Shown: positions 1 to 8,152 of the stretch, in pieces
Layout: the number at the start of each line of letters is the position of its first letter
Position numbering within the stretch: position 1 is the stretch's first letter
From: Candidatus Kapaibacterium sp.
GTDB lineage: Bacteria; Bacteroidota; Ignavibacteria; Kapaibacteriales; UBA2268
Length of the DNA: 64,000 bases
Assembly: GCA_963665665.1 (NCBI GenBank)
Contig: OY762428.1
Location: 2,208,001-2,272,000 of the forward strand
Reading direction: 5' to 3'
The notes under the pieces: model-generated
Told to the model about the DNA's origin: nothing
Databases searched by the model: none
The model's input: the letters and a program-made list of their open reading frames with translations, nothing else
Position numbers and translations under genes: made by a program

Positions 1-990
1 GAATTACTTGCAAAATATTCCGGCAGAAAGCATTGTCTGGCATGCGCATCCGGTACAGACGCACTGCTTATGCCGCTTATGGCCTGGGAAATAGGCCCCG
101 GCGATGCCGTATTCACAAGTCCTTTCACATTTATTGCCACTGCGGAAGTTGTGGGCCTGGTTGGCGCTACACCCGTTTTCGCCGATATTGACGAAAAAAC
201 ATATAATATCGACCCGGTAAAACTGGAAGAAGCAATTATTAAAACAAAAGAAGAAGGCAAGCTAACCCCAAAAGCTATTATTCCCGTTGATTTGTTCGGA
301 CTACCGGCAGATTATGACGCTATTCTTGCAATAGCTGATAAATACGGGCTGGTCGTTCTTGAAGACGCGGCTCAGGGATTCGGGGGAATCTACAAAGGTA
401 AAAAGGCATGCAGCTTCGGACAGGTCTCGGCAACATCCTTCTTCCCGGCAAAGCCTCTCGGCTGCTACGGCGACGGCGGAGCTGTCTTTACAGATGACGA
501 CGATATGAAAGAAAAGCTCGAATCCATCAGGGTTCACGGCCAGGGCCCGGACAAATATACAAATATCCGCCTGGGGCTGAACGGCAGGATAGATTCCATT
601 CAGGCAGGAGTACTGCTTGCCAAAATGACAATATTCGACAAAGAAGGCGAACTCAGGAACAAGGTTGCTGCAAAATATACCGAAGCACTTAAAGGCAAAG
701 TTGTTACACCTACAGTTCCCGAAGGATATACTTCGGTTTGGGCGCAGTATTGCGTGCTGGCCGACAGTGCCGAACAGAGAAAAGAAATCCAGGCAAAGCT
801 TGGGGAAAACAATATTCCAAGCGCTATCTATTATCCCATACCGCTGCACATGCAGGAAGCTTTTGCCAGCCTGGGATATAATAAAGGAGATTTACCTGTA
901 TCGGAAGCAGCGGCAGAAAGAATATTCGCCTTGCCAATGCATCCCTACCTGACAGATGAAGAAATCAACCAGATAGCCGAAGTTATATAA
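1..990 (+). CDS. DegT/DnrJ/EryC1/StrS family PLP-dependent aminotransferase (5' truncated by window)
   Basis: Frame is open from base 1 (ELLAKYSGRKHCLACASGTDALLM...). Motifs EDAAQ and SFFPAKPLGCYGDGG (PLP lysine); C-terminal LPMHPYL. Confidence 0.95.
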   Translation, partial: ELLAKYSGRKHCLACASGTDALLMPLMAWEIGPGDAVFTSPFTFIATAEVVGLVGATPVFADIDEKTYNIDPVKLEEAIIKTKEEGKLTPKAIIPVDLFGLPADYDAILAIADKYGLVVLEDAAQGFGGIYKGKKACSFGQVSATSFFPAKPLGCYGDGGAVFTDDDDMKEKLESIRVHGQGPDKYTNIRLGLNGRIDSIQAGVLLAKMTIFDKEGELRNKVAAKYTEALKGKVVTPTVPEGYTSVWAQYCVLADSAEQRKEIQAKLGENNIPSAIYYPIPLHMQEAFASLGYNKGDLPVSEAAAERIFALPMHPYLTDEEINQIAEVI

Positions 991-1015
991 TCTTTCCAGC
1001 GTAATTCCTATATTT

Positions 1016-1056
1016 ATTCATCCGATGACTTTAAGTTATCGGATGAATTTTTTTTA
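1016..1056 (+). terminator. REP-like hairpin probably acting as intrinsic terminator
   Basis: attcatccgatgactt-t-aagttatcggatgaat followed by a T run, just after the aminotransferase stop; a related hairpin lies at 27036-27068. Confidence 0.7.
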
Positions 1057-1798
1057 CAGTACTGATAATTAATATGGCGAAGGACAATAATTTTAACTTT
1101 TTCCTGCCTGCATTGCCCCGGTGCGGTAATTGTCACAATATTAATAGATAGATCGGAAGATAACGCCTGCTACTTCCCCGATTAATCCAAATCATTGCCT
1201 GCAGTGAGAAAGTCTTTAAACCTCAGATTCTTAGGATTGAAAATAAGAAATATTGCTGCCTTGTTTTAAGTTAATGCTGCCTTGTTCGAAAGCATTGCCG
1301 CCTTGGTTGAAGTCATTGATGCCTTGGTCAGAGGCAAAACACCAATGTTTGACGCCATTGCTGCCTTGTTCAGAAGCAATGTACCAATGGTTGACGCTAT
1401 TGCAGCAATGTTTTGCTTTATTGCTGCCTTGTTCGAAGCTATTGTCGCCTTGTTCCAAATCAAAGCAAGAAAACCACCCCTGTATTCCCCTCCTACTTTA
1501 GGAGGGGATAAGAAGTTAAATAACATAGAATTAACTCCCCCTCCTTTCGAAGGATTTGGCAGAGTAAATGCAGCGATGTTTGAACATATTTCCCCTTTGG
1601 TCGGAATCATGGAACCCTTGTTCCAAAGTAATGCACCGAAGTTTTAACCTATTGCTGCCTTGGTCGAAGCTATTGTCGCCTTGTTCCAAATCAAAGCAAG
1701 AAAACCACCCCTGTATTCCCCTCCTACTTTAGGAGGGGATAAGAAGTTAAATAACATAGAATTAACTCCCCCTCCTTTCGAAGGAGGGGGGCGGGGGG

Positions 1799-3154
1799 CA
1801 TATGCGCTAACTTAGTGAAAATAAGTAATTCATACTACTTTGCCTTTTTCGATGTCCTTCTTTTAGGCAATTAGAAACATCATCCCAGTTGTTAATACAT
1901 TGATACAAAGTAATACCGGGACTGATGATTTTCAATAAAATATCTTTAACAAATACATTTTCACGCCATTGTGATGTACTCCTTTTATCATTCTCTTTTA
2001 TTAAACCTGTAGCCCCAGGGGGAAAAACGCTCACCTTCATCGATAATAGCCTGAGTAAGGAGAGCTGTGATCATCTTAGCATAAAGCCACGCTCGTGCAG
2101 AGTTTTTATCTTTTTTTGGTAAATGCCCCAAGCCAAATTGACTTTTTAGTTTTTTAAATGAAATTTCAACCTGCCATCTCATTCTATATAATTCTAAGAT
2201 ATTATTAGAAGATATATCATTAATCAAAGAAGTCACCAAAACAATATAATCATTAAGTCCTAAAGCTGTAGAACTGATTGTCTGTTGTTTTCTAGCAAAA
2301 TTCTTTTTTGCTTTCTTTCTGGATAACTCAGCTTGCTCCTTGCTTTTTTTGATAGCACATATACGTACAGGAATCTTTTTATTTTTTGAGGAGGAGGAGG
2401 AAATATAAAATATTTTGTCAAATATTTGATCTAACTTTAAACTTTTTAATTCTTTAATAATATCAACTTTATCATTTTTACTATTATATAGTGTAAAACC
2501 TTTATGCTTATATCTGACAACAAAATTTGCTTTCTTTCCGAGAATTTCTGAAATACCCTTATAACTGCAATATGCTCTGTCAATTAAAAAAAGATCAGAA
2601 GAGTTAATTTTGAAATTAGATATAGACTCACCGACTTTTGGGCTGGTAATAATAAATTCGTCACACTTGAGGTTGAACAGATTATGGCTGTAATGAAGTC
2701 TCCAGTCAGTACCTGTTGACCCCGGCTCAGTAACAACAGACGCATCGATACATCTTACATTGAAATCCGACAGCCATTCTGGGGAATCTAATGATATCCC
2801 CCTATTATGAATCAATCCTAATGCAATCCAGCGAAGCCAATCAGCAGACGTCCTCATTTTTTTTAATAACGCAACATCTGATATATCTATATTTCTTTCA
2901 TATTTAAGCTTAGTAGCAACCACCCTCATAGAATGCCCCGTTGCTACATGCATAAGTATTGCTCGAAGTTGCTCAGAAGGTGAATCAAATGCCCTGCGAC
3001 GTTGGAAAGCCTGGAGTTCTTTAGCCTTTAATTCCCATCCCAAAGGAAGTAAGGTTGTAACTACATCCCATTCTTCTATATGCTTGTTGTACTTTTCCAT
3101 TTACAAATATAAAAAAATTATATATAAAAATCAAACACTAAGTTAGCGCTTATG
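1799..3154 (-). mobile_element. Complete IS4-family insertion sequence (1356 bp)
   Basis: 19-bp terminal inverted repeats catatgcgctaacttagtg (1799-1817) and cactaagttagcgcttatg (3136-3154), one mismatch; 11-bp direct repeat ggggcgggggg at 1788-1798 and 3155-3165. Confidence 0.93.
1988..3100 (-). CDS. IS4-family DDE transposase
   Basis: CIDAS / LIDRAY / YRMRWQVEISFK (YREK signature); lies inside the terminal IRs. Confidence 0.93.
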   Translation of the reverse strand: MEKYNKHIEEWDVVTTLLPLGWELKAKELQAFQRRRAFDSPSEQLRAILMHVATGHSMRVVATKLKYERNIDISDVALLKKMRTSADWLRWIALGLIHNRGISLDSPEWLSDFNVRCIDASVVTEPGSTGTDWRLHYSHNLFNLKCDEFIITSPKVGESISNFKINSSDLFLIDRAYCSYKGISEILGKKANFVVRYKHKGFTLYNSKNDKVDIIKELKSLKLDQIFDKIFYISSSSSKNKKIPVRICAIKKSKEQAELSRKKAKKNFARKQQTISSTALGLNDYIVLVTSLINDISSNNILELYRMRWQVEISFKKLKSQFGLGHLPKKDKNSARAWLYAKMITALLTQAIIDEGERFSPWGYRFNKRE

Positions 3155-4158
3155 GGGGCGGGGGGAGGTAGGAAGTGTCGAAAGCAATGTACCAATGGTT
3201 GACGCTATTGCACTGATGTTTGATTTTATTGCCGCCTTGTTTGAAGTCATTGATACCTTGTTTAGAGGCAAAACACCAATGTTTGATTTTATTGATGCCT
3301 TGTTCTTCTTCAAAGCCCGCCCCTTCGGGGAGGGTTTGGGAGGGGTCAGGAGCAAAGCACCAATGTTTGATTCTATTGCTGCCTTGTTCGGAGTCATTGC
3401 AGCCTTGTTTAGAGGCAAAACACCAATGTTTGACGCCATTGCACCGATGTTTGATTTTATTGATGCCTTGGTCTTCTTCAAAGCCCTCTCCTTCGGGGAG
3501 GGTTTGGGAGGGGTCAGAGACAAAACACCGATGTTCGAAGCCATTACTGCCTTGTTCTTCTTCAAAGCCCGCCCCTTCGGGGAGGGTTTGGGAGGGGTCA
3601 GGAGCAAAGCACCAATGTTTGATTCTATTGCTGCCTTGTTCGGAGTCATTGCAGCCTTGTTTAGAGGCAAAACACCAATGTTTGACGCCATTGCACCGAT
3701 GTTTGATTTTATTGATGCCTTGGTCTTCTTCAAAGCCCTCTCCTTCGGGGAGGGTTTGGGAGGGGTCAGAGACAAAACACCGATGTTCGAAGCCATTACT
3801 GCCTTGTTCTTCTTCAAAGCCCGCCCCTTCGGGGAGGGTTTGGGAGGGGTCAGGAGCAAAGCACCAATGTTTGATTCTATTGCTGCCTTGTTCGGAGTCA
3901 TTGCAGCCTTGTTTAGAGGCAAAACACCGATGTTCGAAGCCATTACTGCCTTGGTCGAAGCCATTGACGCCTTGGTTGAAGATAATGTCGCCTTGTTAGG
4001 AATTATTGTTGCCTTGTTTGGAGTCATTGACGCCTTGGTTGAAGGCAATGCAGCAATGTTTTGCTTTATTGATACCTTGTTTGAAGCTATTGCTGCCTTG
4101 TTTGTAGGCATTGCTGCCTTGTTTTGGGGTAATGATTGCTTGTGTAGCGTTGGAATCC

Positions 4159-4685
4159 GGAATATTTAACTGATTGTATTATTAATTAAAATTGAATTAT
4201 TAAATATATGCTCAAAATCAGTAAATATTTAAGTATTTGTAGTAAATATATTTATTTAATTATTGAATAATCATATAGATTTATAATATTAATAATATAA
4301 CTAATCAAATAAATATTTCAAATAAGACATTAATTATTGTTTCTTATAATTTCTTCTTCTTCTTTTCTAAAATATATTAATTATTCAAGTATATATTTAA
4401 TTGTCCTAACAAATTAGATATACTGATTAATTAATAGGTTAATACTAATATTTAATAGTTTATAAATTTAAATTTGTAAATCATATCAATTATTTAATAA
4501 TATATATAATGTATTTAGTTATTTATATAAATAGTTTTGTTAGATGAACTATATCAAGGCTTTGATATATTATATAAATTATTATAAATACTATATATTT
4601 AATACAAATAGTACAATATTTAGTATTTTAGATTGAATATTTGATTATCAGTTCTATCTATAGACTATTCTCATCTCTATCTTTG
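4159..4685. other. Extremely AT-rich non-coding core between the two 21-nt arrays
   Basis: Hand count of 55 G+C in 420 nt (4201-4620), about 13% GC; no ORF; palindrome tatatcaa-ggct-ttgatata at 4550-4569. Confidence 0.85.
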
Positions 4686-5360
4686 GGATTTCAATGCCAA
4701 ACAAGCAATCAATGAGACAGAACAAGTCATCAATGAGGCGGAACAAGACATCAGTAAGGCGGAACAAGTGAGCAATGAGGTGGAACAAGACATCAATAAA
4801 GCAGAACAAGCGTACAATGAGTCGGAACAAGACATCATTGAAGCCAAACATGCAAGTAATGAAGCCAAACAAGACATCAATGAAGCCGGACAAGTGAGCA
4901 ATGAGGCGGAACAAGCATGCAATGAAGCGAAACAAGCAAGCAATGAAGTGGAACAAGACATCAGTAAGGCGGAACAAGCAAGCAATGAGGCGGAACAAGT
5001 GAGTAATGAAGCGGAACAAGTGAGCAGTAAGTCAAACCAAGCAAGCAATGAGACAGAACAAGCATGCAATGAAGCAGAACAAGGCAACAGTAAGGCGGAA
5101 CAAGACATCAGTAAGGCGAAACAAGACATCAATAAAGCAGAACAAGACATCAATGAAGCAGAACAAGACATCAGTAATGCGGAACAAGCAAGCAATGAAG
5201 CCGGACAAGTGTGCAGTAAGGCAAACCAAGTGAGCAATGAAGCGGAACAAGTCATCAATAAGGCTAAACAAGCAAGCAATGAAGCCAAATTTCACTACAT
5301 TAAGGCCAAAGAATGCTTCAATACCTCCGGACAAGGCAGTATAAAGCCTCGCCAACAAAG
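4686..5360 (+). repeat. Degenerate 21-nt tandem array (right arm), about 31 units; one frame reads as an (S/I)NEAEQ(A/D/V) heptad repeat
   Basis: Units like caatgaggcggaacaagacat at 4710, 4731, 4752 ... 5277, 5298, 5319; frame open 4645-5367 without an ATG start. Confidence 0.9.
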
Positions 5361-5512
5361 CGATTAGCCCAAACATCAGGGTTTTGATTAAAAACAGCAT
5401 TGAATTAAGGAAATTATCCGGTTCATTGAAACCAGAGGATGTGGAATTAAGGCCGGCGGTTGGTTCATTGGGGTGGAAGAACGGGGGGTAAGGGCCGGAG
5501 AAGGAGGTATTA

Positions 5513-5800
5513 TGTTGCCTTTCTGACGGAGCGAAGCGACCGAAGAATCCATCTTTTCTGGCAAATAATTTTAAAGAATGGATACTTCGCTCCGCTCAGA
5601 ATGACCTTCCAGCCTTATAATCGTCAAATTCAATAGCCAGGTGCTTTAGCTCGTGGATAAGGGGGGATAAGAAAAAGAATCCACCCCAGCCTGTCCCGAC
5701 TTGTCGGGAACTCGCTGCGCTCGCCAACCCTCAACGAGGGGAATTTTAAGAATCCACCCCCGCCCTTCCCCGATGCGTCGGGGCCGGCGGTGGACAGATG
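5513..5800. repeat. Mosaic of REP/MITE-like palindromic elements
   Basis: Inverted pair ttctgacggagcgaagc...acttcgctccgctcagaa; two aagaatccacccc starts; 16-bp palindromes at 5694-5709 and 5768-5783. Confidence 0.65.
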
Positions 5801-5815
5801 TAACCGAAAAATTAC

Positions 5816-7984
5816 TCACTCCTTCACAAACATGCCTGAAATAATATCATTGCCAGTTTCGATTCTGATGTAGTAAATGCCTGCCGGAAAATCACGGAGA
5901 GGAATGCTTGTATTGTGTTCCATTACAGCGGAAAAAGTGGTGTTCATGTAAACTTTTGCGCCGAGCTGGTTATATACGCTGATATTTGCCGGGGCTATGG
6001 TTGATGTTCTAAATTTCAGGTCAATAAAATCAGTGGCGGGGCAGGGAGATATATTGATTTCCCCGGATACGATTGTTTTAATTTCGTTTTCAACTGAAAG
6101 GGATGTTTTTTCGCTGCGGTAAAGCCCTGCGTCTTTTTCGGCAAAATAGATATATCCTTCCGGGCTGACGGACAGAAAATTGAATTGGCTTGGCCCATGT
6201 ATCAGGCCTGTTGAAATATCGCTCCAATCATAAAAATCATCAGTACTTTTCAGGCGTTGAAATTTATCTGCCCGGCCATGAAAACCTATCAAGCGGTTAA
6301 GGGAATCTACTCCTAAGAACATTCTCGGATAATTCAGAGAATCGCGGAACCAAGACCTGCCGTTATCTGAAGTACGAATATTCCAATGACTATAACCATT
6401 GGAGTACTTATCAAATAACAACATTCTGATTTCTTGTTCAGTGATACCATTCAAAAAATAATTCATTTTGGCAAATGCCCATGTTTCCCCGTCATCTGTT
6501 GACCTGTATATCTGCCCGTTGTCACTTCCCCTGAAAATATGCCCTTCTGAGTTCATAGCAAATGAATAGGTATCACCTTCAATAGATCTTTTTTGCCATG
6601 TTATTCCTTTATCAGTTGAATAAATCAATTTATTCCCGAAGTCATGCGCCATATAAATTTGTCCCCTGCTGTTCTCGAAAAAACTATTTGGACTGGCATT
6701 TGTTGAAAATTCCGATCTTGTGCGATATTCCCAGCTTTCCCCTCCGTCAGTGGATCGAGCTGTTTTATAACTGCCGCTATTTGAACTGACAATAATATAA
6801 TCATCTCGGGTAATATAAATAACCGACCATGTTGAATTTTCAACAAGCTTAAGATCTCTCCATGTAATTCCATCATCTGAAGATTTTAAAACTCTTCCAT
6901 TTGCGGTAACAAATATGCTCCCTTCGCTGTCATAGCTTATTCCTTTTACATCAGTAGATACGATTCCTTTATTAGATTCTGTCCAGGTTCTTCCTCCGTT
7001 TCTTGAATAAAAAAAACCCTGCCAATTACCTGCATAAAGTTCTCCATTACCTAATGAAATCATATTTTCAAATGGAGTGTTTTCGCTTTCAAGTGTCATT
7101 ATCTGCCATGTTTTTCCGCTGTCAACCGATTTGAAAACCGAAAAATAATCATCATCAATGCCATTAGCAAAAAGTTCATTTTGGGAGTTACGGCACAAGT
7201 ATTTTGAAAAACCTTCAATATTTGTAGCATTCCAGGTTTCACCTTTATCTTCCGAATAGTAAACTCCGTAGGTAGTGGCAATAACAATTTTTTCATTTGT
7301 TATAAACTCAGCTTTAAAAACACAATAAGGTGTTTCAATGTATTGCCATGATCGCCCGGAATCAGGACTGATAAATATAAAACCTTCATCAATATAATCC
7401 ACATAGCCTATTATCACCATTTCGTCATACTGATTTATATAATAATCCCTTTTATAAAATGCTTTTGAAACTGATAATTTATAGCTGTTTATTTTAACGA
7501 TTTCCTTCAGATCCGGAACCGAATAACTTAAAATTGAATCACTTTTAAAGATAACTCCAAACACATTATTATTATTATCCATTGCATATATTGGCATTAA
7601 ATTATCAGGAGTAAAAGAATCAATTCCATAGTCTTCGTCAAAGAAATTTACCTGCCAGGTATCTCCATTGTTAGTTGATCTATAGTATACTAAATCACCC
7701 TTATGCGAATCATCCCCTCCGTAACGGATAAACCTTATCAATGATCCATCAGGATAAGACATTACTTTTCCATAATAATAAAAATCTTTCAGCCATTTCC
7801 AGCTTCTTCCAAAATCATCGGAACGATAGTGTCCGTTATCAGTATCAATAAATATCCTCCCGTTCAAACTAAACAAATCTCTTATGGTTCCCCCTTCCGG
7901 CCCCCAGAGGTATTTCCAGAAATCACCGGCAAGAAGGTTGAAGGGAACAATAATAAATAAGGCAATCAGTAACAGCTTTTTCAT
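5816..7984 (-). CDS. Secreted BNR/Asp-box beta-propeller protein with T9SS C-terminal sorting domain
   Basis: Signal peptide MKKLLLIALF; many SxDxGxTW repeats; C-terminal ISPCPA...VYNQLG...GIYYIRI...FVKE. Confidence 0.88.
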   Translation of the reverse strand: MKKLLLIALFIIVPFNLLAGDFWKYLWGPEGGTIRDLFSLNGRIFIDTDNGHYRSDDFGRSWKWLKDFYYYGKVMSYPDGSLIRFIRYGGDDSHKGDLVYYRSTNNGDTWQVNFFDEDYGIDSFTPDNLMPIYAMDNNNNVFGVIFKSDSILSYSVPDLKEIVKINSYKLSVSKAFYKRDYYINQYDEMVIIGYVDYIDEGFIFISPDSGRSWQYIETPYCVFKAEFITNEKIVIATTYGVYYSEDKGETWNATNIEGFSKYLCRNSQNELFANGIDDDYFSVFKSVDSGKTWQIMTLESENTPFENMISLGNGELYAGNWQGFFYSRNGGRTWTESNKGIVSTDVKGISYDSEGSIFVTANGRVLKSSDDGITWRDLKLVENSTWSVIYITRDDYIIVSSNSGSYKTARSTDGGESWEYRTRSEFSTNASPNSFFENSRGQIYMAHDFGNKLIYSTDKGITWQKRSIEGDTYSFAMNSEGHIFRGSDNGQIYRSTDDGETWAFAKMNYFLNGITEQEIRMLLFDKYSNGYSHWNIRTSDNGRSWFRDSLNYPRMFLGVDSLNRLIGFHGRADKFQRLKSTDDFYDWSDISTGLIHGPSQFNFLSVSPEGYIYFAEKDAGLYRSEKTSLSVENEIKTIVSGEINISPCPATDFIDLKFRTSTIAPANISVYNQLGAKVYMNTTFSAVMEHNTSIPLRDFPAGIYYIRIETGNDIISGMFVKE

Positions 7985-8046
7985 AGTTTTCATATCTTTC
8001 ATTTTTTTTAATATTTGAAATATTCAAATTATAACGTTTCTAAAAT

Positions 8047-8152
8047 GTCTAAACCGCGTTTAATTGCGTCTAAATGTAACTTCAATAATTTCAATATATA
8101 ATTAGAAACATATGTCTGAATTTGCGTCTAAACCGCGTTTAATTGCGTCTAA
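8047..8152. repeat. 27-bp direct repeat built of phased GTCTAA motifs overlapping a stop codon
   Basis: gtctaaaccgcgtttaattgcgtctaa at 8047-8073 and 8126-8152. Confidence 0.8.

Larger units (their letters stand above)
1252..4151 (-). repeat. Degenerate 21-nt tandem array (left arm), about 73 unit-lengths once the IS is removed; contains 231-bp and 252-bp higher-order duplications
   Basis: Units such as attgctgccttgttcgaagct start at 1252, 1441, 1567, 1672, 3186, 3291 and 4110; all are in 21-nt phase after subtracting 1367 bp for the IS plus one target duplication. Confidence 0.92.

Noticed and set aside
1231-1647. Four overlapping short ORFs on both strands
   Set aside because: They are different frames of the same repeat; none has a distinguishing RBS or recognisable domain.
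3143-4169. ORFs of 322, 324 and 259 aa as real genes
   Set aside because: They are mutually overlapping translations of the repeat and REP blocks; annotated as repeat, with coding status left open.
1252-5360. CRISPR array interpretation of the 21-nt repeats
   Set aside because: Units are contiguous and degenerate with no unique spacers, and there is no cas gene in the window.
4654-5400. Minus-strand Cys/Leu-rich ORFs (MASLLACL..., MFRFITHL...)
   Set aside because: Antisense shadows of the NEAEQ heptad array.
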